Part shown: piece by piece, positions 52,430 through 60,759 of the stretch
How the letters are laid out: the number at the start of each line of letters is the position of its first letter
How positions within the stretch are numbered: position 1 is the first letter of the stretch
Assembly (NCBI GenBank): GCA_964247705.1
Contig: CAXTVQ010000003.1
Coordinates: 10,568 to 74,567, forward strand
DNA: 64,000 nt
Direction: 5' to 3'
DNA from: an uncultured Acetobacteraceae bacterium
Lineage (GTDB): Bacteria; Pseudomonadota; Alphaproteobacteria; Acetobacterales; Acetobacteraceae
Made by a program: the position numbers and the translations under genes
The notes under the pieces: generated by a model
Databases searched by the model: none
Seen by the model: the letters and a program-made list of their open reading frames with translations, nothing else
Told to the model about the DNA's origin: nothing

Positions 52430-52717
52430 ATGGCGACGCCCGACACGGCCTTGTGGGAGGTGTTCATCCGCAGCCGCAATGGGTTGGCGCACAAACATGT
52501 CGGCTCGTTGCATGCGCCGGACGCCACGATGGCGTTGCAGGCGGCGCGGGACGTCTACACGCGGCGCGGCGAGGGGTTGTCCATCTGGGTCGTGCCCTCC
52601 AGCGCCATTACGGCGAGCGATCCGGCCGACAAAGCCATGCTGTTCGAGCCGGCCGAGAGCAAGATCTACCGCCACCCGACCTTCTACGAGGTGCCGGACG
52701 ACGTCGGCCACATGTGA
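52430..52717 (+). CDS. paaB: 1,2-phenylacetyl-CoA epoxidase subunit B
   Basis: 95 aa. WEVFIRSRNGLAHKHVGSLHA is the typical PaaB signature. Confidence 0.93.
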   Translation: MATPDTALWEVFIRSRNGLAHKHVGSLHAPDATMALQAARDVYTRRGEGLSIWVVPSSAITASDPADKAMLFEPAESKIYRHPTFYEVPDDVGHM

Positions 52718-53478
52718 TGGTGGCGTCCATAACCGTTTCCGAGACGCCTCTCGTCCTCTACACGCTGCGGCGGGCGGACGATGCGTTGGTGCTGGGCCAC
52801 CGTCTGTCCGAGTGGTGCGGCCATGCGCCGTCGCTCGAGGAGGACATGGCGCTGGCCAATATCGGGCTGGATCTGCTCGGGCAGGCCCGGTCGCTCTACA
52901 GCTACGCCGCCGAGGTGGAAGGCGAAGGGCACGACGAGGACGCGTTCGCCTACCTGCGGGACGGGCCGCAATACCGCAACCTGCTGCTGGTAGAGCTTCC
53001 CAACGGGGATTTCGCGCAGACGCTGGTGCGGCAGTTCTTCTATTCGGCGTTCGCGGACCCGTATTGGCGCGCGATGATGGCATCGTCGGACCCGACCCTG
53101 GCCGCCATTGCCGCCAAGAGCGAGAAGGAGAGCGCTTACCACCTCCGCCACAGCAGCGAGTGGCTCATCCGCCTGGGCGACGGCACGGAGGAGAGCCACC
53201 GCCGCGCCCAGGCCGCCGTGGACATGCTCTGGCCCTATACGGGGGAGATGTTCGAGCCGGATGCTGGCCTCGCGGACGGCGTTGCGATCGACTTGGCGGC
53301 TTTGCGGGACGGGTGGGATCACACCGTGCAATCCATACTCGCTCAGGCGACGCTCAATGGGCCGGCGGGAGGCTGGATGCAGCGCGGCGGCCGCACGGGA
53401 CGGCATACCGAGCATCTCGGGCGCATGCTGGCGGAAATGCAGCAGCTTCAACGCACTCACCCGGGCGCGCGGTGGTGA
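52717..53478 (+). CDS. paaC: 1,2-phenylacetyl-CoA epoxidase subunit C
   Basis: ATG 52717 overlaps the paaB stop. LRRADDALVLGHRLSEW...LDLLGQAR are present. 253 aa. Confidence 0.9.
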   Translation: MVASITVSETPLVLYTLRRADDALVLGHRLSEWCGHAPSLEEDMALANIGLDLLGQARSLYSYAAEVEGEGHDEDAFAYLRDGPQYRNLLLVELPNGDFAQTLVRQFFYSAFADPYWRAMMASSDPTLAAIAAKSEKESAYHLRHSSEWLIRLGDGTEESHRRAQAAVDMLWPYTGEMFEPDAGLADGVAIDLAALRDGWDHTVQSILAQATLNGPAGGWMQRGGRTGRHTEHLGRMLAEMQQLQRTHPGARW

Positions 53479-53954
53479 GCCCGTTGGAGCGGGCGCGTGA
53501 AGCGGCTGCAACCGTGGTGGATCCGGAGATCCCCGTGCTGACGATCGCCGATCTGGGCGTGCTGCGGGACGTCCGGCTGCTTGGCGGGACGGTCGAGGTG
53601 ACAATCACGCCGACCTACTCCGGGTGTCCGGCGATGAACATGATCGCGGTCGAAGTGGGTGTCGCGCTGGATCGCGCCGGGTTCCCGGATGCGAGGGTGA
53701 CCACGGTGCTGTCGCCGGCCTGGACGACCGACTGGCTGACCGAGGCGGGCCGGCAGAAGCTCGTGGAGTACGGCGTTGCACCGCCGGTGGCGGGAAGCGG
53801 CCGCCGGGCGCTGTTCGGGGTCGAGACGGTGGCGTGCCCGCGTTGTGGTTCGAACGACACCAAGCAGTTGGCGGAGTTCGCTTCCACCTCGTGCAAGGCT
53901 TTGTGGCAGTGTCAGAGCTGCCGGGAGCCGTTCGACTACTTCAAATGCCATTGA
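53475..53954 (+). CDS. paaD: Phenylacetate-CoA oxygenase subunit PaaD (PaaJ)
   Basis: GTG 53475 (or 53472) overlaps the paaC stop. VVDPEIPVLTIADLGVLR, TPTYSGCPA and a C-terminal CPRCGS...CQSC are present. Confidence 0.87.
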   Translation: MSPLERAREAAATVVDPEIPVLTIADLGVLRDVRLLGGTVEVTITPTYSGCPAMNMIAVEVGVALDRAGFPDARVTTVLSPAWTTDWLTEAGRQKLVEYGVAPPVAGSGRRALFGVETVACPRCGSNDTKQLAEFASTSCKALWQCQSCREPFDYFKCH

Positions 53955-53964
53955 CGGTGCCGGC

Positions 53965-55038
53965 GTGAGCGTGCCGCGGTTTCACCCGCTCGTGGTCGCT
54001 GACCTCCGGCGGGAGACGGCGGACGCGGTTTCGGTGGCTTTCTCGATACCCCCGGCGCTGGCGGACGATTACGCGTTCCTCCCGGGACAATACCTCACGC
54101 TACGGGCGACGGTGGGGGGCGAGGATATCCGCCGGTCCTACTCGATCTGCTCCGGGCCGGATGACGCAGAGCTTCGGATCGCGGTCAAACGGGTCGATGG
54201 GGGCGCGTTCTCCACCTGGGCGAACGAGGCGCTGGCGCCGGGGCACACGGTGGAGGTGATGACGCCCACCGGGCGGTTCGGCTTGGCATTCGAACCGGGC
54301 GCTGCGCGCATCCATGTCGGGTTCGCCGCCGGGTCCGGCATCACGCCGATCCTGTCGATTGCCCGCGGCGTGCTGGCGCGGGAGCCGCTCAGCCGATTTT
54401 TCCTGTTCTACGGCAACCAGTCGCTGCGCAGCATGCTGTTTCGCGAGGCGCTGGAGGAGCTGAAGGACCGCTATCTCGGGCGGTTCTCCGTGTTTCATGT
54501 GCTCAGCCAGGAGGAGCAGGACGTTCCCGTGCTGAACGGACGCCTGGATGGCGAGCGCGTCCGGTTGCTGCTGCGCCACATCGTGCCGGCTGCCAGCGTG
54601 GATCACGTCTTCCTCTGTGGGCCGGCCGGCATGTTGGACGCGATAGAGCCCGTGCTGGCAGGATTGGGGCTGCCGCCGGAACGGGTGCACGTGGAGCGGT
54701 TCGTCTCTACCGGCGGGGGCGTCCCGCGTGTCCGCCCGGCCCGCGTGGACGTGGCCGCGAGCCATACCGCCAGCCTGATCGTCGATGGCAACCGCCGCGA
54801 GGTGCCCGTGGCGGACGGCGAGACGGTGCTGGACGCAGCCCTGCGCGCCGGCATGGACCTGCCGTTTGCTTGCAAGGGCGGCATGTGCAGCACCTGCCGC
54901 GCCCGGGTGGTGGAGGGAGCCGTGGAGATGGCGGTGAACTACTCGCTCGAGCCATGGGAGACGCAGGCCGGGTTCGTGCTCACGTGCCAGGCGCATCCGA
55001 CGACGGCGCGGGTGGTGATCGACTACGACGCGGTTTGA
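53965..55038 (+). CDS. paaE: Phenylacetate-CoA oxygenase reductase subunit (FNR-like + 2Fe-2S)
   Basis: GTG 53965 (or 53971). FAD motif RRSYSICS and a plant-type ferredoxin CKGGMCSTCRARV at the C-terminus. Confidence 0.9.
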   Translation: MSVPRFHPLVVADLRRETADAVSVAFSIPPALADDYAFLPGQYLTLRATVGGEDIRRSYSICSGPDDAELRIAVKRVDGGAFSTWANEALAPGHTVEVMTPTGRFGLAFEPGAARIHVGFAAGSGITPILSIARGVLAREPLSRFFLFYGNQSLRSMLFREALEELKDRYLGRFSVFHVLSQEEQDVPVLNGRLDGERVRLLLRHIVPAASVDHVFLCGPAGMLDAIEPVLAGLGLPPERVHVERFVSTGGGVPRVRPARVDVAASHTASLIVDGNRREVPVADGETVLDAALRAGMDLPFACKGGMCSTCRARVVEGAVEMAVNYSLEPWETQAGFVLTCQAHPTTARVVIDYDAV

Positions 55039-55059
55039 GTGTCGCCGGACGGCGTACGG

Positions 55060-57210
55060 CTACTCCACGACGATGGCCAGGGGGCGGGAGATACCGGCCT
55101 GGAGCGGCAGGCGAACCTGGAAGCGGTGATGGCCCGGCGTCATCGTCCAGGTGAAGGGCAAGCCGGGCGGCGCGGTGGCGACGGGCTGGCCGTCGACCAT
55201 CCAGACGATCTGCGGCACGGGGGGCACGGCTGCGGCACGCAAGACCAGCCGGTTGAGGGACGGAGGCGCTTCCGGGTTGCGCCAGACGTGGGTGTCGGGG
55301 TCGGGCGAAATGATCGACAGCCGCGGTTCGGCCGGTGGGGGTGCGGGGGCAACGCCGGGGCGGACCCATTCGGCCAGTTGCTGGCTGCAGGCCGGGCCGG
55401 CGGGGGCGCCGGTGCCGGTGCATAGTTCGGCCTGCTCGCGACCCGGCGGCGCCGGGAAATCGCCCGCAACCAGGTCCGCGCGGCCGACGCCATGCAGGCG
55501 CAGCATGATCGCTTGCGCGAGTTGTGCGGCTGCCTTGCCGCCGCCGAGCCCGGACATCGGCCCCGCATCGGCCCGGCCGAGCCAGACACCCACCACGTAG
55601 TCGTGCGACCACTCCAGCGTCCAGGCGTCGCGGTATCCCTGGGAGGTGCCGGTCTTGAGTGCCACGGCAAAGGGAAACTCGGATGATCCATAGCGGGGGA
55701 AGGAAGGCAGCCGGGCGAGCGGATCGCTCAGGAAGCGGGCGACGAGACGGGCGGAATCGACCGAGATCAGCGGCCGAGGTGGTGCGGCGGCGTCAATGAT
55801 GAACCAGCGCAGCGGAGTGTCCTGGCCGTCGTTGGCGAGGGTCGAGTAGGCCCGGACCAGACGGTCCAGCGAGGTGGGCAGCGCACCGATCGCCATTGAG
55901 AGCCCAAAACGGCCGGCCGGCCCGTCCAGGTGGTGCAGGCCGAGGGTGCGCAGGAAAGCGAACCCGTCTACCAGGCCCAGGCGGCGCAGCAGATTGGTAG
56001 CGGGCACGTTGCGAGAATTCGCGAGCGCCTGGCGCGGCAGCAGCGACCCGAGGAAATCATGGTCCGCGTTGCTGATGCCTGCGGCGCCCTCCGGCAAGTC
56101 GGCCAGCACCTCGTCCGGGGCGAGCACGTGCTGGTCCAGCCCGAGGGCGTAGAGGAACGGCTTGAGCGTGCTGCCGGGGGAGCGCTGGGTCGCCGAATAA
56201 TCGATCGCGCCGGCTGGACGGGAGAGGTAGCCGGCGGAGGCGACGTCCGCCAGGACCTCGCTGGTGGCGCGCCGCGTGACGATGACGGCAACCTGTTGCG
56301 CGCCGGCGGTCCGCAACACGGCAAGATGGGCCAGGGCGGCTTGGGTCACCCAACGCTGCACGGCGCTGTCGATCGTAGAGCGGACGATGCCGCCGCCGGG
56401 TGCGGTATGCTCGAGGCGCAGCACGGTTTGCAGGAAGGGTGGCCGGCGCGGCTCTGGCTGAGGGGTGAGATGCTGCAATTCCGCAACGGCCTGTGCGCGG
56501 TCGGCCGAGGGAAGCTCCATGGCGTCCAGGGCGCGGCGGGCGCGAATCTCGGCGCGGTGAAGCCCGGTGTGCAGCGCCATCGCCGTCGGCGCTTGCGGAA
56601 TCGCGCAGAGCAGGGCGGCCTGGGCGAGCGTGAGGTCGGCGGCAGGCTCGCCGAAATACCATTGTGCGGCGTGGGCGATGCCGTGGCTGTTCTCGCCATA
56701 CGGGGCGAGCCGGAGGTACTGTGCGAGGATCGCGGCATGACCGTAGCGGGCCGTGACGGCGAGCGCGGTGCCCGCCTCCACGGCCTTGGCCCACAACGTG
56801 CGGGGGCGCGGGTGCTGCATCCGCACGACCTGCATCGCGATCGTGGACGCGCCGGAGCCGCCGCCGTGCACGTGCTGCCACAGGGCGCGCAGCACGGCCG
56901 CCGGGTCCACGCCGGGATGGGACCAGAACCGGCGGTCCTCGAGAGCCAGGGTTGCGGCGACGACGCGCGGCGGGGGATCGACGGGCCAGTAGCCGTAATC
57001 GACCTGGCGGCCGCCATCCGGCCGGCGGCCCTGGTGGCCAGCCTGGGTCAGGAAGGCGCCGGCGCGGTCGGTGATGTAGGCGGTCGGTGACGGAGCAGTG
57101 AGGACGGCGCCAGAGGTCACGGCGACGGCCCAGGCCACGAGCGTGCCCGCAACGCCGACCGTCGTCAGGCGCCATGCCGCTCCGCGTATCAGGCGCCAAC
57201 CGGTCCGCAT
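55060..57210 (-). CDS. pbpC: Penicillin-binding protein 1C
   Basis: ATG 57210 (MRTGWRL, TM anchor). Glycosyltransferase motif ALEDRRFWSHPGVD, transpeptidase SPGSTLKPF (SxxK) and the C-terminal PbpC-specific domain are present. The upstream part of the ORF (57211-57816) was rejected. Confidence 0.9.
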   Translation of the reverse strand: MRTGWRLIRGAAWRLTTVGVAGTLVAWAVAVTSGAVLTAPSPTAYITDRAGAFLTQAGHQGRRPDGGRQVDYGYWPVDPPPRVVAATLALEDRRFWSHPGVDPAAVLRALWQHVHGGGSGASTIAMQVVRMQHPRPRTLWAKAVEAGTALAVTARYGHAAILAQYLRLAPYGENSHGIAHAAQWYFGEPAADLTLAQAALLCAIPQAPTAMALHTGLHRAEIRARRALDAMELPSADRAQAVAELQHLTPQPEPRRPPFLQTVLRLEHTAPGGGIVRSTIDSAVQRWVTQAALAHLAVLRTAGAQQVAVIVTRRATSEVLADVASAGYLSRPAGAIDYSATQRSPGSTLKPFLYALGLDQHVLAPDEVLADLPEGAAGISNADHDFLGSLLPRQALANSRNVPATNLLRRLGLVDGFAFLRTLGLHHLDGPAGRFGLSMAIGALPTSLDRLVRAYSTLANDGQDTPLRWFIIDAAAPPRPLISVDSARLVARFLSDPLARLPSFPRYGSSEFPFAVALKTGTSQGYRDAWTLEWSHDYVVGVWLGRADAGPMSGLGGGKAAAQLAQAIMLRLHGVGRADLVAGDFPAPPGREQAELCTGTGAPAGPACSQQLAEWVRPGVAPAPPPAEPRLSIISPDPDTHVWRNPEAPPSLNRLVLRAAAVPPVPQIVWMVDGQPVATAPPGLPFTWTMTPGHHRFQVRLPLQAGISRPLAIVVE

Positions 57211-57288
57211 CGACGCCCTCCCCCGCGCTCCATCTTGCACGGGGTTGGTCCGGCGTCCACGCTCCTGCCGTGTTTGTGGGGAGGTACG

Positions 57289-58134
57289 ATGCCGGGCGCC
57301 TGCGACAGCCACGTCCATGTCGTGGGCGACCACGCGATTTACCCTTGGGTGGCGAGCCGTGCCTATACCGCGCCCCCTGCCCCGGTCGAGGCATTGCGGG
57401 CGGTGGCGGAGCCGGCGGGGGTCGGCCGGTTCGTGATCGTGCAGCCGTCGTTCTACGGCACCGACAACCGCGCGACGCTGGACGCCTTGGACGCGCTCGG
57501 GCCGGCTGGACGAGGCGTGGCGGTGGTCGATCCGGACGTGGATGACGCCACGTTGCAGGACATGGATGCGCGCGGGGTGCGGGGACTGCGGATCAACCTC
57601 TACAGCGTGATGGCGGAACCCGCGGCGCCGCTGGAGGCACGGTTCGGCCCGGTGCGCGACGTGGCGCGGCGCATGGGGTGGCACGTGCAGGTGATCGCTC
57701 CGGCACGGGCGCTGGTCGGCGCCGCGGCGATGCTGGCCGAAGCGGGGGTGAGCGTCGTGATCGATCATTACGGCCTGCCCGGAACACATGACCCGGCGTC
57801 CGAGATCGGGCGGCACCTAGTCGGCCTGGCACGGCAGCCGAACGTCTGGTTCAAGCTATCGGCGCCGAGCCGGATCAGCCTCGATCCGCTGGAGGTGGAA
57901 CCGCCGGCGGCGTGGGTGCACGCCTTGCTGGAGGCCGCACCGGACCGGACGGTGTGGGGCAGCGACTGGCCGCATACCCCGTTCCACGCGACGGTCGCAG
58001 GGCATGCGCCGGCGCTGGATTGGAGGCCGATCCCGTATGCGGCACTGGTGGAGCGGTTCCGGGCCGCGCTGCCGGCTGGGGCCGAGCAGGCGGTGATGGC
58101 GGGGAATCCGGCGCGGCTCTACGGGTTCGTCTGA
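57289..58134 (+). CDS. Amidohydrolase-2 family protein (lactonase/decarboxylase-like, COG3618-type)
   Basis: ATG 57289 follows GGGGAGG. CDSHVHV (HxH) and WGSDWPH motifs are present. Confidence 0.8.
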   Translation: MPGACDSHVHVVGDHAIYPWVASRAYTAPPAPVEALRAVAEPAGVGRFVIVQPSFYGTDNRATLDALDALGPAGRGVAVVDPDVDDATLQDMDARGVRGLRINLYSVMAEPAAPLEARFGPVRDVARRMGWHVQVIAPARALVGAAAMLAEAGVSVVIDHYGLPGTHDPASEIGRHLVGLARQPNVWFKLSAPSRISLDPLEVEPPAAWVHALLEAAPDRTVWGSDWPHTPFHATVAGHAPALDWRPIPYAALVERFRAALPAGAEQAVMAGNPARLYGFV

Positions 58135-58778
58135 GTATCCGGCGGTGGTAGGGCGGCGAGGCCGGCGGGTGTCAGGCGGTAGACCCCGCGGGACACGCGT
58201 TCGAACCAGCCATACATGTTGCGCAGCAGGATTGCAGGCGCCTCCGGCGTGACCGCGGCCAAGGTGCGGGTGCTTGCCTCGCCATTGCGCAACAACTCGG
58301 CACAGATCACGGCACGCTGTCGGTAGGCCGTCATGATCTTGCGCCGGGTCGAGCCGCCAGGCGTGGGATCGCCGTGGCGGCGTTCGTGTTCCCGCAGCAG
58401 GCGTTTGCGGTGGTGCTGACGGATGCGGGGGCGATAGGGTTCGGGCTCGGCCAACACCTCCACGGTATCGCCGGCGCCGACGGCGAGCAGGCCCAGGCCC
58501 AGCAAGCGGCAGAGCCGCACCACGCGGCGGTCGCGGTCGCGTCCACGCCGGGTGCGCGGGACGGCGAGCCAGACGGCGTCCGCCAGGGTCATGCGATCGG
58601 CGGCTTGCAGGAGCAGGTCGAGGTTGAACTGCAGCTTGAGTTCGCAGATCACCAGCATGGGAGGCTCGCCGGGCCGCACGGCGACGATGTCGCAGCCGAT
58701 CACCTCGCCCTTGGCGTCGAAGCCTTGTCCTTCGAGGAAACGCTTGACGGCGGCGTACATCGCCGTTTCGGCCGGCAT
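58119..58778 (-). CDS. DUF2161-like protein: predicted PD-(D/E)xK nuclease fold plus C-terminal winged helix
   Basis: ATG 58778. GCDIVAV (D30) followed by MLVICELKL (E46-x-K48). The C-terminus carries ...WFERVSRGVYRLTPAG, a wing-like segment. Confidence 0.68.
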   Translation of the reverse strand: MPAETAMYAAVKRFLEGQGFDAKGEVIGCDIVAVRPGEPPMLVICELKLQFNLDLLLQAADRMTLADAVWLAVPRTRRGRDRDRRVVRLCRLLGLGLLAVGAGDTVEVLAEPEPYRPRIRQHHRKRLLREHERRHGDPTPGGSTRRKIMTAYRQRAVICAELLRNGEASTRTLAAVTPEAPAILLRNMYGWFERVSRGVYRLTPAGLAALPPPDTQTNP

Positions 58779-58783
58779 CCGCG

Positions 58784-59485
58784 TTAGAGGAAGCTCGCCA
58801 ACACAGGCACGAACATCGCCGTGAAGATGCCGTTCAGCCCGATCGCGAGCCCACCGAAGGCGCCGGCCGTCTCGTTCACCAGCAGCATCCGCGCGGTGGC
58901 GAGGCCGTGCCCGGCGGTGCCGGCCGCCAGACCTTGCGCGCGCCAGTCGGACACCTTGAGCAGCGCCATGACGACCGGTCCGAGCACGACGGCCACGAGG
59001 CCCGTGATCAGGACGAACACGGCCGCGAGCGAGGGGGAGCCGCCGATCTGTTCCGCGATGCCCATGGCGATGGGCGTGGTCACGGATTTGGACGCCAGCG
59101 ACAGCACGACCGTGCGGGATGCGCCGAGCCAGCGGGCGACCAGCATCGCGCTCACCGCCGCAACGACCGAGCCCACGAGCATGGACGGCACGATGGCCGG
59201 CGCCGATTGGCGGATACGGGCGAGGTTCGCGTGCATCGGAACCGCCAGGGCCACCGTCGCCGGGCCGAGCAGGAACTGGATGTATTGCCCGCCCTCGAAA
59301 TAGGCCTGGTAGGAGGTGTGCGTCGCCAGCAGCAGCCCCGCGAGCAGGACGATGCTGATCAGCATCGGGTTGGCGAGGATGTGCCCGCGCGCGAGCCGGC
59401 TGACGGTGCTCGCGACCTCCCAGGCGACCAAGGTGACGGCGAGGCCCAGGAGCGGGGTGGTCTGCAGGTAGACCCACAGCTTCAC
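58784..59485 (-). CDS. lrgB: LrgB-family membrane protein
   Basis: GTG start. ATVALAVPM...SLASKSVTTPIAMGIAEQIGG is the LrgB signature. 233 aa. Confidence 0.9.
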   Translation of the reverse strand: MKLWVYLQTTPLLGLAVTLVAWEVASTVSRLARGHILANPMLISIVLLAGLLLATHTSYQAYFEGGQYIQFLLGPATVALAVPMHANLARIRQSAPAIVPSMLVGSVVAAVSAMLVARWLGASRTVVLSLASKSVTTPIAMGIAEQIGGSPSLAAVFVLITGLVAVVLGPVVMALLKVSDWRAQGLAAGTAGHGLATARMLLVNETAGAFGGLAIGLNGIFTAMFVPVLASFL

Positions 59486-59493
59486 GACGACGA

Positions 59494-59838
59494 TCAGGCG
59501 CGCTTCCCCCGCGAGAGGCGCTGCATCATCACACCGGTGACGGCGAGGCCGAGCGCCGTCGAGACCAGGATGGAGACGGTGATCGCGATCCAGTCGTCCG
59601 CGATGGCATCGAGTTGGGTGACGATCCCGACCCCGGCCGGCACGAACAGCAGCGAAAGATTGCGCAGCAGCCCATTGGCGGTGTTGCGCATATCGTCGCT
59701 CGGTGCACCGCGGACGAGCAGGATGCCGAGCAACAGGACCAACCCCAGCACCGGACCCGGCAAGGGAAGGTTCAGGCCGCGGGCAACCACCTCGCCAGCG
59801 AACTGGCAGAGGACCAGAAGGGTGAGCGAGCGCAGCAA
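59494..59838 (-). CDS. lrgA: CidA/LrgA-family membrane protein
   Basis: TTG start is the only in-frame option before the conserved LCQFAGEVV...LPLPGPVLGLVLL. 114 aa, 4 TM helices. Confidence 0.85.
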   Translation of the reverse strand: MLRSLTLLVLCQFAGEVVARGLNLPLPGPVLGLVLLLGILLVRGAPSDDMRNTANGLLRNLSLLFVPAGVGIVTQLDAIADDWIAITVSILVSTALGLAVTGVMMQRLSRGKRA

Positions 59839-59841
59839 ACG

Positions 59842-60192
59842 CTAATCTATGGGCACGCTGAGCTTGATGCCTGCCCCGGGCTTGACCCGGCGGTCCTGCT
59901 CCGCCTGGGCCGAGGATGACGCCGACAAACCCTCACCGCGGTATTGGTCCCGCCGCGTGAAAAGGCCAGGCCCGACAGACGCGTCGTTGCTGGCGCGGGT
60001 GGTCGGGCCGAAGGCGTCCTGGTTCGGGGTTGGCGCGGTGACATAGGCTTGCGGGGCAAGGGCCGGTGCGGGCGCGCTCACCGCGGGCGGAAAGTCGGGC
60101 ATTGGGGTGTTTGTCACGAAGGCCTGCTTGGGGGCAGCCGCTATCAGCATGAGCGCCACGACGGGTAGCAAAGCGGTTGCTGCTTTGATCAT
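59842..60192 (-). CDS. Hypothetical Pro/Ala-rich secreted or membrane-anchored protein
   Basis: ATG 60192 overlaps the NUDIX stop (ATGA). N-terminal hydrophobic segment ALLPVVALMLIAAAP. 116 aa. No family recognised. The call rests largely on its tight fit between two confident genes. Confidence 0.45.
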   Translation of the reverse strand: MIKAATALLPVVALMLIAAAPKQAFVTNTPMPDFPPAVSAPAPALAPQAYVTAPTPNQDAFGPTTRASNDASVGPGLFTRRDQYRGEGLSASSSAQAEQDRRVKPGAGIKLSVPID

Positions 60193-60737
60193 AAAGCCGG
60201 CTCCGGTCCAATTCGCTCGGTGCCGCGAGTATCGCTGTCCGGGTTTGTGGCGGGTGCGCCAAGCGGCCCCGATCCGGCTTCTCGCCAGGCCTGCAAGGCC
60301 CAGTGAACGGTCGGGAATGCGATCGTGTCCCACGGAATCTCCTCCCATGCAAACATTCGGACTTCGAGGCTTTCGATGCCGGCCTGGATGCCCGGCTTGG
60401 CGAAGCTGGCGCGGTACATGATCTGGACCTGCCCGATGCGGCTCACGTTGTACAGTGCGAGAAGGCCGTCGATCGCGATATCCGCGCCGGCTTCCTCCAT
60501 GGCTTCCCGGCGCGCGCCCTCGGCCGTGGTCTCGTTCAGCTCCAGGTAGCCGGCCGGTAATGTCCAGAAACCGGACCGAGGCTCGATCGCGCGGCGGCAC
60601 AGCAGGATTCGCCCGTCCTCCGAGACGACGGAGCCGACGACGATCTTCGGATTTTCATAGGCGACGTAGCCGCAGGCCCTACAGACCTGCCGCTCCGTCG
60701 TATCGCCGTCCGGGATGGTGCGGACAAAGTCGGGCAT
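60189..60737 (-). CDS. NUDIX hydrolase with N-terminal CxxC segment
   Basis: Complete Nudix box GYLELNETTAEGARREAMEEAGA (G-x5-E-x7-REUxEExGU) at 60483-60551. N-terminal VCRACGYVAYENP. Confidence 0.9.
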   Translation of the reverse strand: MPDFVRTIPDGDTTERQVCRACGYVAYENPKIVVGSVVSEDGRILLCRRAIEPRSGFWTLPAGYLELNETTAEGARREAMEEAGADIAIDGLLALYNVSRIGQVQIMYRASFAKPGIQAGIESLEVRMFAWEEIPWDTIAFPTVHWALQAWREAGSGPLGAPATNPDSDTRGTERIGPEPAL

Positions 60738-60759
60738 CCCCCAAAATGCCGGGATGCCC
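60732..60759 (-). promoter_or_regulatory. Perfect 9-bp inverted repeat enclosing the NUDIX start codon
   Basis: The RNA would read GGGCAUCCC-ggcauuuugg-GGGAUGCCC. The AUG in the 3-prime arm is the NUDIX start codon (60737-60735). Confidence 0.35.
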
